64,000 nt of DNA from Macrostomum hystrix (taxonomy: Eukaryota; Animalia; Platyhelminthes), in contig CATNEN010000024.1 of NCBI GenBank assembly GCA_950097015.1, positions 6,634,001 to 6,698,000 of the forward strand. Direction: 5' to 3'. Position numbers and translations under genes: made by a program. Numbering within the stretch: the first letter of the stretch is position 1; each line of letters opens with the position of its first letter. Under the pieces are notes generated by a model. It searched no databases. It was not told where the DNA came from and saw only the letters and a list, made by a program, of their open reading frames with translations. Shown here piece after piece: positions 12,501-24,660 of the stretch.

Positions 12501-15500
12501 AATGAAAAGAGAGAAATGAAGAATGAAAAGAGAGAAATGAAGAATGAAAAGAGAGAAATAAAGAATGAAAAGAGAGAGAAATGAAGAATGAAAAGAGAGA
12601 AATGAAGAATGAAAAGAGAGAAATGAAGAATGAAAAGAGAGAAATGAAGAATGAAAAGAGAGAAATGAAGAATGAAAAGAGAGAAATGAAGAATGAAAAG
12701 AGATAAATGAAGAATGAAAAGAGAGAAATGAAGAATGAAAAGAGAGAAATGAAGAATGAAAAGAGAGAAATGAAGAATGAAAAGAGAGAAATGAAGAATG
12801 AAAAGAGAGAAATGAAGAATGAAAAGAGAGAAATGAAGAATGAAAAGAGAGAGAAATGAAGAATGAAAAGAGAGAAATGAAGAATGAAAAGAGAGATAAA
12901 TGAAGAATGAAAAGAGAGAGAAATGAAGAATGAAAAGAGAGAGAAATGAAGAATGAAAAGAGAGAAATGAAGAATGAAAAGAGATAAATGAAGAATGAAA
13001 AGAGATAAATGAAGAATGAAAAGAGAGAAATGAAGAATGAAAAGAGAGAAATGAAGAATGAAAAGAGAGAAATGAAGAATGAAAAGAGAGAAATGAAGAA
13101 TGAAAAGAGAGAAATGAAGAATGAAAAGAGAGAAATGAAGAATGAAAAGAGAGAAATGAAGAATGAAAAGAGAGAAATGAAGAATGAAAAGAGAGAAATG
13201 AAGAATGAAAAGAGAGAAATGAAGAATGAAAAGAGAGAAATGAAGAATGAAAAGAGAGAAATGAAGAATGAAAAAAGAGAAATGAAGAATGAAAAGAGAG
13301 AAATGAAGAATGAAAAGAGAGAAATGAAGAATGAAAAAATAGATAAATGAAGAATGAAGAGAGAAATGAAGACTGAAACGGGAGATAAATGAAGAATGAA
13401 AAGAGAGAAATGAAGAATGAAAAGAGAGAAATGAAGAATGAAAAGAGAGAAATGAAGAATGAAAAGAGAGAAATGAAGAATGAAAAGAGAGAAATGAAGA
13501 ATGAAAAGAGAGAAATGAAGAATGAAAAGAGAGAAATAAAGAATGAAAAGAGAGAAATGAAGAATGAAACGGGAGATAAATGAAGAATGAAAAGAGAGAG
13601 AAATGAAGAATGAAAAGAGAGAAATGAAGAATGAAAAGAGAGAAATGAAGAATGAAAAGAGAGAAATGAAGAATGAAAAGAGAGAAATGAAGAATGAAAA
13701 GAGAGAAATGAAGAATGAAAAGAGAGAAATGAAGAATGAAAAGAGAGAAATGAAGAATGAAACGGGAGATAAATGAAGAATGAAAAGAGAGAGAAATGAA
13801 GAATGAAAAGAGAGAAATGAAGAATGAAAAGAGAGAAATGAAGAATGAAAAGAGAGAAATGAAGAATGAAAAGAGAGAAATGAAGAATGAAACGGGAGAG
13901 AAATGAAGAATGAAACGGGAGATAAATGAAGAATGAAAAGAGAGAAATGAAGAATGAAAAGAGAGAAATAAAGAATGAAAAGAGAGAGAAATGAAGAATG
14001 AAAAGAGAGAAATGAAGAATGAAACGGGAGATAAATGAAGAATGAAAAGAGAGAGAAATGAAGAATGAAAAGAGAGAAATGAAGAATGAAAAGAGAGAAA
14101 TGAAGAATGAAAAGAGAGAAATGAAGAATGAAAAGAGAGAAATAAAGAATGAAAAGAGAGAGAAATGAAGAATGAAAAGAGAGAAATGAAGAATGAAACG
14201 GGAGATAAATGAAGAATGAAAAGAGAGAGAAATGAAGAATGAAAAGAGAGAAATGAAGAATGAAAAGAGAGAAATGAAGAATGAAAAGAGAGAAATGAAG
14301 AATGAAAAGAGAGAAATGAAGAATGAAAAGAGAGAAATGAAGAATGAAAAGAGAGAAATGAAGAATGAAACGGGAGATAAATGAAGAATGAAAAGAGAGA
14401 GAAATGAAGAATGAAAAGAGAGAAATGAAGAATGAAAAGAGAGAAATGAAGAATGAAAAGAGAGAAATGAAGAATGAAACGGGAGAGAAATGAAGAATGA
14501 AACGGGAGATAAATGAAGAATGAAAAGAGAGAAATGAAGAATGAAAAGAGAGAAATAAAGAATGAAAAGAGAGAGAAATGAAGAATGAAAAGAGAGAAAT
14601 GAAGAATGAAACGGGAGATAAATGAAGAATGAAAAGAGAGAGAAATGAAGAATGAAAAGAGAGAAATGAAGAATGAAAAGAGAGAAATGAAGAATGAAAA
14701 GAGAGAAATGAAGAATGAAAAGAGAGAAATGAAGAATGAAAAGAGAGAGAAATGAAGAATGAAAAGAGAGAAATGAAGAATGAAAAGAGAGAAATGAAGA
14801 ATGAAAAGAGAGAAATGAAGAATGAAAAGAGAGAAATGAAGAATGAAAAGAGAGAAATAAAGAATGAAAAGAGAGAGAAATGAAGAATGAAAAGAGAGAA
14901 ATGAAGAATGAAAAGAGAGAAATGAAGAATGAAAAGAGAGAAATGAAGAATGAAAAGAGAGAAATGAAGAATGAAAAGAGAGAAATGAAGAATGAAAAGA
15001 GATAAATGAAGAATGAAAAGAGAGAAATGAAGAATGAAAAGAGAGAAATGAAGAATGAAAAGAGAGAAATGAAGAATGAAAAGAGAGAAATGAAGAATGA
15101 AAAGAGAGAAATGAAGAATGAAAAGAGAGAAATGAAGAATGAAAAGAGAGAGAAATGAAGAATGAAAAGAGAGAAATGAAGAATGAAAAGAGAGATAAAT
15201 GAAGAATGAAAAGAGAGAGAAATGAAGAATGAAAAGAGAGAGAAATGAAGAATGAAAAGAGAGAAATGAAGAATGAAAAGAGATAAATGAAGAATGAAAA
15301 GAGATAAATGAAGAATGAAAAGAGAGAAATGAAGAATGAAAAGAGAGAAATGAAGAATGAAAAGAGAGAAATGAAGAATGAAAAGAGAGAAATGAAGAAT
15401 GAAAAGAGAGAAATGAAGAATGAAAAGAGAGAAATGAAGAATGAAAAGAGAGAAATGAAGAATGAAAAGAGAGAAATGAAGAATGAAAAGAGAGAAATGA

Positions 15501-15982
15501 AGAATGAAAAGAGAGAAATGAAGAATGAAAAGAGAGAAATGAAGAATGAAAAAAGAGAAATGAAGAATGAAAAGAGAGAAATGAAGAATGAAAAGAGAGA
15601 AATGAAGAATGAAAAAATAGATAAATGAAGAATGAAGAGAGAAATGAAGACTGAAACGGGAGATAAATGAAGAATGAAAAGAGAGAAATGAAGAATGAAA
15701 AGAGAGAAATGAAGAATGAAAAGAGAGAAATGAAGAATGAAAAGAGAGAAATGAAGAATGAAAAGAGAGAAATGAAGAATGAAAAGAGAGAAATGAAGAA
15801 TGAAAAGAGAGAAATGAAGAATGAAAAAATAGATAAATGAAGAATGAAGAGAGAAATGAAGACTGAAACGGGAGATAAATGAAGAATGAAAATAGAGAGA
15901 AATGAAGAATGAAAAGAGAGAAATGAAGAATGAAGAGAGAAATGAAGAATGAAACGGGAGAGAAATGAAGAATGAAAAGAGA
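9550..15982. repeat. 6.4-kb purine-rich 21-bp satellite
   Basis: AAATGAAGAATGAAAAGAGAG with variants (+AG, ACGGGAGAT). Confidence 0.98.
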
Positions 15983-16924
15983 GTATTGTTTGCTTTACGG
16001 AAAAGCAAAAAAGTTTATGGATTCTATTTAACAGTTGTTGTGTAGGAAGTGTAAGCCGTTGTGACAATTGATTCAATCCAACAGTGAATCACACTTGTTC
16101 AATTATGATGGCCTGAACTGACAAGTGATAATAATTTAAACAGCTTTCAACGGCTTTATCGCATCGGAATAATTTTTAGTTTATTGAAAAAAGATGCAAA
16201 TTTTACTGTCATGTCCATTGTACTAACGACTGGGGCAATGCACTGAGCGCAGTCGCCTAATGCTTGGACAAAGCAACACACGATTTTAGAATAAACAATT
16301 ATAAAAAACACCAATAAAACACGAAAGCTTCTATTGCTAAGCATGCATAAGAGCGAATTTACATGCAACGAAATTGTCTCACTGATATGTGCAAGGAGAA
16401 ACAAGAATTGGGTGTGTAAATTAAAGTTAAGATATAAAAAAAATCAGCAGCTACTAAAATGGAGGGCATATAAAACCTGAGTCATGCAAATCAGTACAAA
16501 TGAAGGTTGCGGGAGCCACAATAACTGCAGTCGAAAGATGAAGTCCAGAAATTTCTAACACAATACGAGTATATTGATACGACATTTAAACAGAGAATCT
16601 AATAATATTTCAATAGCGGCTGGCGTTTCTACACACCAACAACAATGGAGCTAAAATATTAAAAAAATACATTCAAGCACAGACAAACTGATAGGTGAGA
16701 TACCTTAGGACTGTCCGAATTATCGATCTGAGGAGCAGGTCGATATTAAAGCAGGTATGAGCTAAGAACTTGATTGATAATAACCTTACTAGTGGGTGAT
16801 GATAACAGTAATTAATAATAAATAATAATACCTGTCCTAAACGGGCTAGATGTGCAGCCGACAGCACAACCGTACGGCTATTCAGTTCGTGAACTAGAAC
16901 ACACCCCTGTGGGACGCACCCCTT

Positions 16925-17795
16925 CGGACTGGATTTCGGTATGGGATTTGGACTGGATTTCGGGTTGGGATTTGCATCGGTTTGGGGTTGGGATTTGGAC
17001 TGGATTTCAGGTTGGGATTCGGGTTGGGATTTGGACTAGATTTCGGGTTGGGATTCGGACTGGATTTCGGGTTGGGATTTGGACTGGATTTCGGGTTGGG
17101 ATTTGGACTGGATTTCGGGTTGGGATTTGGACTGGATTTCGGGTTGGGATTTGGACTGGATTTCGGTATGGGATTCGGACTGGATTTCGGGTTGGGATTC
17201 GGACTGGATTTCGGGTTGGGATTCGGACTGGATTTCGGGTTGGGATTCGGACTGGATTTCGGGTTGGGATTTGGACTGGATTCGGGTTGGGATTTGGACT
17301 GGATTTCGGTATGGGATTCGGACTGGATTTCGGGTTGGGATTCGGACTGGATTTCGGGTTGGGATTCGGACTGGATTTCGGGTTGGGATTCGGACTGGAT
17401 TTCGGGTTGGGATTTGGACTGGATTCGGGTTGGGATTTGGACTGGATTCGGGTTGGGATTCAGACTGGATTTCGGGTTGGGATTTGCATTGGATTTCGGT
17501 ATGGAATTTGGACTGGATTTCGGGTTGGGATTCGGACTGGATTTCAGGTTGGGATTCGGACTGGATTTCGGGTTGGGATTCGGACTGGATTTCGGGTTGG
17601 GATTCGGACTGGATTTCGGGTTGGGATTTGCATCGGTTTGGGGTTGGGATTCGGACTGGATTTCGGGTTGGGATTCGGACTGGATTTCGGGTTGGGATTT
17701 GCATCGGTTTGGGGTTGGGATTCGGACTGGATTTCGGGTTGGGATTTGCATCGGTTTGGGGTTGGGATTCGGACTGGATTTCGGGTTGGGATTTA
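16925..17795. repeat. G-rich 24-bp minisatellite
   Basis: GGACTGGATTTCGGGTTGGGATT(T/C) repeated. Confidence 0.95.
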
Positions 17796-17871
17796 GGGTT
17801 CGGCTCGCTCTGAAGAAAGGGTCCAACCAGTTAATGAGTTCATTACAAAAGACTCAACAATGCCAACTCAC

Positions 17872-18326
17872 CTCTTCGTGCCGCTCTCTAGGCAAAGCCA
17901 GATTGAGCTCATAATTGAGTCCCAGCAGCCGCTCCTGGGCATAATTGTAGCACAGATCCTCGAAGCTAGCTCCGGTGGTGCGGCCGCAGGAGGCCACCTG
18001 CTGGAAGCCGGGCGGATCCAGAACGGTGATGGTGTGCGAAGATCTATCACCGCAGGAGAAGCACCGATTAACCAGGAACATCACCAAGGTGACAATCTCT
18101 GTGTAGAGCCCCGTGACGAAGCCTTGCAACAGTTCGAACGGAGTGTAGGCCTGGCCGCCGGCTGCCTTGGCGTCGGCCTGGCCCAGCTGGAAGGCGTGCT
18201 TGCGCAGCTCGGCCGCGCTGCAGCCCAGCAGGGAGGCGGCCCGCTCCGCCGCCGTCACCTTTTCGAACTGGAAGCCGCCGTGGGGCAGCTGAACAGCGCC
18301 GGCTGTGCCCAGGTGAAAAATCGCGG
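17872..18326 (-). CDS. MYO18: Myosin-XVIII exon 4 (motor; degenerate switch II LDPPGFQ)
   Basis: ttttcag|(A)AIFHLGTAG..AASLLGC..ITVLDPPGFQ..FEDLCYNYAQERL..EE|gtgagt; DxPGFQ in place of DIAGFE is diagnostic of class XVIII. Confidence 0.92.
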
Positions 18327-18967
18327 CTGAAAATCCAGGTGGAGCGAATGAATTCGGGTTTTATCCCAACCAGCTGAACTCCTCCTACGGCGGAAAAGAA
18401 GAAAATATGCTCTGGCTTCTGCAGAGAAATCAGGCAATGATCCTGCATAGATTTTATACTAAAGCATCAAATTATAAAAACTGCACTGTTCTGAACTAAC
18501 TGAACTAAGCTCTGTAAGGCCAATATCACCGCATCATTCTATACTGATTAAGATCCCAATAACCAATTTTACAAATTGAAATCCTAATAACAACGAGATG
18601 TTGTATTTAAAGTAATGATAATTAAAAGTTATTAGGATATTTCAAATTTTAAAAAAATTACACATGTAGGTGCAAGCCTTTGAATGCCACGCCATATTAA
18701 CTGCTGGTGGAATTGTGGCAGAACTACCCGCTCGACTCGGCAACGCGAACGACCAGCATCGGCTGGTAGGGCGAGTAGAGACAAGAGAGTAGCTAGCAAC
18801 AATTCGGGCATTCCTAAATATTGCACCGGCTGGGCTAAGCCAGCATGAATTGGCTACTATAGGTCCGCCGTACTAACAGACAGGGCCATAACTGAGCCCA
18901 GCTGTCTAGATTAACGGACCAAAAATTCTATTTAAAATAACTAACTCTATTAAAAGATCATCTAAGG

Positions 18968-19990
18968 TGGCGGAACATCAAAGGATTCAAGAATAGATGA
19001 CTGGCGGAACATCAAAGGATTCAAGCAGAGATGACTGGCGGAACATCAAAGGATTCAAGAAGAGATGACTGGCGGAACATCAAAGGATTCAAGTAGAGAT
19101 GACTGGCGGAACATCAAAGGATTCAAGTAGAGATGACTGGCGGAACATCAAAGGATTCAAGAAGAGATGACTGGCGGAACATCAAAGGATTCAAGCAGAG
19201 ATGACTGGCGGAACATCAAAGGATTCAAGAAGAGATGACTGGCGGAACATCAAAGGATTCAAGCAGAGATGACTGGCGGAACATCAAAGGATTCAAGTAG
19301 AGATAACTGGCGGAACATCAAAGGATTCAAGCAGAGATGACTGGCGGAACATCAAAGGATTCAAGAAGAGATGACTGGCGGAACATCAAAGGATTCAAGT
19401 AGAGATGACTGGCGGAACATCAAAGGATTCAAGTAGAGATGACTGGCGGAACATCAAAGGATTCAAGAAGAGATGACTGGCGGAACATCAAAGGATTCAA
19501 GCAGAGATGACTGGCGGAACATCAAAGGATTCAAGAAGAGATGACTGGCGGAACATCAAAGGATTCAAGTAGAGATGACTGGCGGAACATCAAAGGATTC
19601 AAGTAGAGATGACTGGCGGAACATCAAAGGATTCAAGAAGAGATGACTGGCGGAACATCAAAGGATTCAAGCAGAGATGACTGGCGGAACATCAAAGGAT
19701 TCAAGAAGAGATGACTGGCGGAACATCAAAGGATTCAAGCAGAGATGACTGGCGGAACATCAAAGGATTCAAGTAGAGATAACTGGCGGAACATCAAAGG
19801 ATTCAAGCAGAGATGACTGGCGGAACATCAAAGGATCTATGCGCCAAGATGACTGGTGGTACATCAAAGGATTCAAGTAGAGATAACTGACGGAACATCA
19901 AAGGATCCATGCGCCAAGATGACTGTCGGTACATCAAAGGATCTATGCGCCAAGATGACTGGCGGTACATCAAAGGATCCATGCGCCAAG
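18968..19990. repeat. Intronic minisatellite, 34-bp unit
   Basis: GACTGGCGGAACATCAAAGGATTCAAG(T/C/A)AGAGAT repeated. Confidence 0.96.
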
Positions 19991-20063
19991 AAGGATTCGG
20001 CATTAAAAAGCTAAACTTAAAGCGGGGACTGTCGGAGCATCAAAACAACTTCAAGAAACTCAC

Positions 20064-20484
20064 CCAGCAGTTTGCACAGGCTGAACCACTCCTGCTCAGA
20101 GATGCCCAGAGTACGACCGGCTTCGAAAATGCGGGCCCATTTGTCCTTGGCAAAGGCCAGATCCTCCTGACGATGCAGCGGAGTCAGGAACTGATTAGGC
20201 TCTGGCGCATTGTTCAACAGCAGCCGCTGTCGCTCAGTCTCGGACAGGCCAGACAGCATGTAATAGAAGACATGAAACGCCGGCTCGCCTTCCGGTCGGC
20301 GAACAATGCGCGATCTCTCCAGCAATAGGACGTGATAGGAGAGGCCGGACACGCAGCCAGAGTGATCGAAGTCGATGGCGTAGAGCTGGGCGCAGCGGGA
20401 GGCGCTTGTGTTCATGATGGTGCGACTGCTGACGAACGCCTCTGTCAGGGTGGACAGGGCGCGCAAGCGGTCCACCGTGACCAC
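20064..20484 (-). CDS. MYO18: Myosin-XVIII exon 3 (motor; switch I region)
   Basis: cccag|VVTVDRLRAL..TIMNTSASRC..IDFDHSG..LLERSRIVRRPEGEPAFHVFYYML..LG|gtgagt. Confidence 0.93.
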
Positions 20485-20615
20485 CTGGGAGGCAAGGTTA
20501 AACAGGTGAGCTCGTATGTGTGGCAAGCTGCATCTCAATCTCAATATTTATTTTATTATCACGATTCTGATTAACACAAGGACCTGAAAGCCAAGCAAAT
20601 AAAGTCTTGAACATA

Positions 20616-20860
20616 GGGGGGAGAGTGGCAGAGAGATGTTAACGTGTTTTGCATCTCGCACCAATGTTCCTGAGCTCGATTCCGCGGTGAGGCCACAGTC
20701 ATTTAGGGCTTGTCGTGCAATTTACTCCCTTGAGGGTTTATCTCCAAGGCGTAGTGAGAGTGTACACTGCCTGACAATAAGAAAGTCAGGGCAGATGTAC
20801 ACGCTCAGGAGTGAGCGAAATGGGCAGAATAGCCTACTCGCGAGCTGCGGATCTAGTGTT
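20616..20860 (+). mobile_element. tRNA-derived SINE family A copy
   Basis: GGGGGAGAGTGGCAGAG (A-box-like) and GAGCTCGATTCC (B-box-like); body shared with copies at 30050, 41070, 42465, 47545. Confidence 0.75.
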
Positions 20861-21363
20861 GATGATGGACCTAAAAAGGCATACACGCGGTCAAGAGAAA
20901 AAATAAATCTATTGTCAAATTACATTTAAAGGCAATAAATAAGGTTAAACAGTGCATGTGTTGTGTGTCAAGCACACTTGCAGGTGGGGACTGCACACCT
21001 AATGTACTCCCCGGCTCTCTCGGACACCGGTTGACAGCCGCGTGTCAGCAATGGAATTTACTTTTTTCCAAACATATCGGCAGCATCCAAACCCCACTGA
21101 ATTGCCACACAGAACTGCTTTATTCCACGCCAGCCGGAATTATTATTACCCGACGAAATGTCGGTACTCATTTGCAGCTGAGTAGACTGTGTGCACATCA
21201 GGGCAAAGCAGCTTGCCAAAGGCTGCACGAATAGTTCTAGACTATGTCGGGAGTCGAACCCAGGACCATCTGATCCAGATTCCGACACCTTACTGACTGA
21301 CCTATCCGCCCTGTGCAAACAAAACAAAGCCCAGATCATAGATCCAAGGAAATGGAATCCTAC

Positions 21364-21957
21364 CTTGCTAGGACAGGAGCCAGCCTGTAGGAAATAATGC
21401 AACAGATGCCGGACACAGAAGGACTTGCCGGAGCCGCTGCGTCCAACCAGACACATGGCCTGATTGGTCTGATTGGTCAGCAGATTTCTATAGGCCATCT
21501 GGGCCGAGGCGTAGATATGCGGCGGCATCTCCAGCTGGCGACAGCCGCGAAAAGTTTCCATGACTCGCTCGGTGTAGATTGACAATGGATACATTGGATT
21601 GAGCACTAATAGGCCAGGGCCGCAGTAGGTGTGGATCAGATTGCTAGAGAATCTGGCTCGTAGCACGTGCACTAGTGAGCACTCGTTCAGATACCTGAGC
21701 TGAGTGAGGTTCTCAACCCGGTCTAGCTTGGGACTATTGGCCTGCTCGATATCTTCAGTTTCAACCACTATCACTTTGCCATTGTGCTCTAGTTTGACTC
21801 GCACCTTATAATCCGGGAGCTTTTCAACTACCGTGCAGCCGGAATAGCCGTCCTTGTGCACCAACCAGAATCGGCAGCCAATGCCGGCTGTGGAGGACAA
21901 GGTGGCGACGGCGTTGGATGTCTCCGTGGCGTCCGTGTCAGTTTCGTCCGATGTCTC
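21364..21957 (-). CDS. MYO18: Myosin-XVIII exon 2 (SH3-like region, motor N-terminus, P-loop)
   Basis: ctccag|ETSDE..WLVHKDG..DIEQANSPKLDRVENLTQLRYLNECS..PPHIYASAQ..GRSGSGKS..PSK|gtagga. Confidence 0.95.
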
Positions 21958-22317
21958 CTGGAGTCAGTTTGAGAAGGGATATTTCAGTGTCAAGCATAAT
22001 TTTGCGAGTCGATGATGAATATTACATGCACAATATAACGGAACAATGAAAAAATCGACAATAAAGTGTAAAAACATAACCGAAACTTGAAAAGTTCATT
22101 TACAAACAATGACATCGAAATATAAGCGATGAATTGAATAATAATAATCTAACATTTGTATAGCTCCTTAGGAGAAAGCGCTGCTTCTTCCGATGCTGCC
22201 TAACGAGGCATCTATGGCACTGGAAATCGATTCGATGATTAAATTAGCATCATTCTACTTATGAGTAGCAAAATGAGAGAAGTAGCTCGTAATAAGATAA
22301 GCAAAAATACTTATAAG

Positions 22318-23385
22318 TGTGGACAATGGAGGCTTAATCAAAAGAATAGGATATTGGACAATGGAGGCTTGATCAAAAGAATAGGATATTGGACAATGGA
22401 GGCTTGATCAAAAGAATAGGATAATGGACAATGGAGGCTTAATCAAAAGAATAGGATATTGGACAATGGAGGCTTAATCAAAAGAATAGGATAATGGACA
22501 ATGGAGGCTTAATCAAAAGAATAGGATATTGGACAATGGAGGCTTAATCAAAAGAATAGGATATTGGACAATGGAGGCTTAATCAAAAGAATAGGATATT
22601 GGACAATGGAGGCTTAATCAAAAGAATAGGATATTGGACAATGGAGGCTTGATCAAAAGAATAGGATATTGGACAATGGAGGCTTGATCAAAAGAATAGG
22701 ATATTGGACAATGGAGGCTTGATCAAAAGAATAGGATATTGGACAATGGAGGCTTGATCAAAAGAATAGGATATTGGACAATGGAGGCTTAATCAAAAGA
22801 ATAGGATATTGGACAATGGAGGCTTAATCAAAAGAATAGGATATTGGACAATGGAGGCTTGATCAAAAGAATAGGATATTGGACAATGGAGGCTTGATCA
22901 AAAGAATAGGATAATGGACAATGGAGGCTTAATCAAAAGAATAGGATATTGGACAATAGAGGCTTGATCAAAAGAATAGGATATTGGACAATGGAGGCTT
23001 GATCAAAAGAATAGGATATTGGACAATGGAGGCTTGATCAAAAGAATAGGATAATGGACAATGGAGGCTTAATCAAAAGAATAGGATATTGGACAATGGA
23101 GGCTTGATCAAAAGAATAGGATATTGGACAATGGAGGCTTAATCAAAAGAATAGGATATTGGACAATGGAGGCTTAATCAAAAGAATAGGATATTGGACA
23201 ATGGAGGCTTAATCAAAAGAATAGGATATTGGACAATGGAGGCTTAATCAAAAGAATAGGATATTGGACAATGGAGGCTTAATCAAAAGAATAGGATATT
23301 GGACAATGGAGGCTTGATCAAAAGAATAGGATATTGGACAATGGAGGCTTGATCAAAAGAATAGGATATTGAATAATGGAGGTTT
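22318..23385. repeat. Intronic minisatellite, 35-bp unit
   Basis: TTGGACAATGGAGGCTT(A/G)ATCAAAAGAATAGGATA repeated. Confidence 0.96.
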
Positions 23386-23438
23386 ATCTTCAGCCTCTTG
23401 AGTAAATTTTGAGTAAACAGCGGCTGCAAGCAACTCAC

Positions 23439-24074
23439 CACCTGCTGATGTCTAGTCCGGCCTAGCTCGGACAGTTCGGGCACCTGCTGCACAGTGAGAC
23501 AGATCTCCGCGTCCGACTGTCGTATTATATCGACAATTTCGTCCTTGGAACGACTGCGGACATCGATGCCGTTAATAGTTACAATGCGATCGCCGGGTAG
23601 TAGGCCCAGAGATCCTCTCTGGCCAGGCTCGGCTAGCATCACAGGCAGCTTCTCGCCAGACGCTCTGTCATAAAGAAAGGTCTTGCGCAATTGAAAGCCG
23701 AAGTCGCCTTTGGCGGTGCGCGACAGCGTCACCTTGCGCAGCTCGGGCGGCCGCAGAGGACTGGGATCGGCCAGGGGCAGCCGGACATTGAACGATTTGT
23801 CTTCGACTAGCACAACGCCAGACTGCCGCTGATCGGCCAAATCTTCGTCATCGTCATCGTCACGATCTCCAAAGGCTGTTGTCAGAGTTGTTGCCGAATA
23901 GTCGCTGCCAGCTGACGGCTGGTCCAGCGGGCTGACATTGCCGCGCAGGATGCCCCGCTTTGGCTGGGTAGCTGAGGCTGGCGGATTGAACTCGCCGCGT
24001 ATCTTGGGCAGAGTGCTAGGCCTGTGCACCTCGGCATTGGCTGAGGCAGCGGCTGCGGACTTTTGGTCCGACAT
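23439..24074 (-). CDS. MYO18: Myosin-XVIII exon 1 (N-terminal PDZ domain)
   Basis: ATG directly after acceptor ctccag; PDZ motifs GDFGFQLRK..GLLPGDRIVTINGIDV..EIVDIIRQS; consensus donor gtgagt at 23438. PDZ plus degenerate motor is the MYO18A-type architecture. Confidence 0.88.
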
Positions 24075-24363
24075 CTGGAGAACAAGAAGAACACTCTTTA
24101 TAGACAAGCTACGCCACCATATTCTTGTAAAGAAGCATAAAATAATTAGCAATGATCTAGCAACCATGGCAGTGCCACTAGTCAGGAGAGCTGCCTCTGT
24201 GTTGAAAATATCAGTACAAAAATGGCTTAGCTCTGAGCTAACTTGGCAAGTAATAAAGTCTTAACTCTGTATCCAGTAGCCACAGGATATTAATATAGTG
24301 TGATTTTTATCCATAAATTAATTATTTTTCTTTTAAAGCTTTCTTTTTCCACAAAAGAAAACG

Positions 24364-24660
24364 TTGCAGCCTCATGATTAGAGTGTTGGACTCGCGACTT
24401 AAAGGTCGGGGGTTCGATTCCTGACTCAACTGGAACAATTTGTGTCCTTAAGCAAGTCACTTAACTCTGCATTGCTTCAGTTCACCCAGCTGTTAAATGG
24501 GCACAAGAATTAGTTGGGATAATTAAAGGTTGGGTGTGGCGTCCCCCAGTCCAAGGACTAAACAGCTGTATGGAGTCTTCAGATGTGCTGCGCAATAGCT
24601 GCAGCTGTGCTGTCGGCTGTGCATCTGGCCCAATTGGGGCGGGTGTAATCAATTTGATAG
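24364..24660 (+). mobile_element. tRNA-derived CORE-type SINE
   Basis: B box GGTTCGATTCC at 24411; GTGTCCTTAAGCAAGTCACTTAACTCT..CAGTTCACCCAGCTGTTAAATGG resembles the CORE domain of MIR-like SINEs. Confidence 0.7.

Noticed and set aside
9526-16076. Two ORFs over 2,100 aa and several MKNEKRE ORFs
   Set aside because: Artefacts of a stop-free 21-bp satellite inside a myosin intron; low-complexity translation.
16852-17914. Multiple 220-314-aa ORFs (GFRVGI, SPNPNPK, mucin- or CSP-like)
   Set aside because: All frames of the 24-bp repeat are open; no unique coding flanks.
22150-22225. Possible small myosin exon after a tttccag acceptor
   Set aside because: Weak donor, no recognisable motif, and exons 1 and 2 already join in phase 0.
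18968-23385. CRISPR-like appearance of the 34-35-bp arrays
   Set aside because: Head-to-tail units with no unique spacers, no cas genes, eukaryotic context.
24364-24425. SINE heads as tRNA genes (also 20616, 30200, 41070, 47800)
   Set aside because: A/B boxes are present but I could not form a full cloverleaf, and each continues into a shared SINE body.
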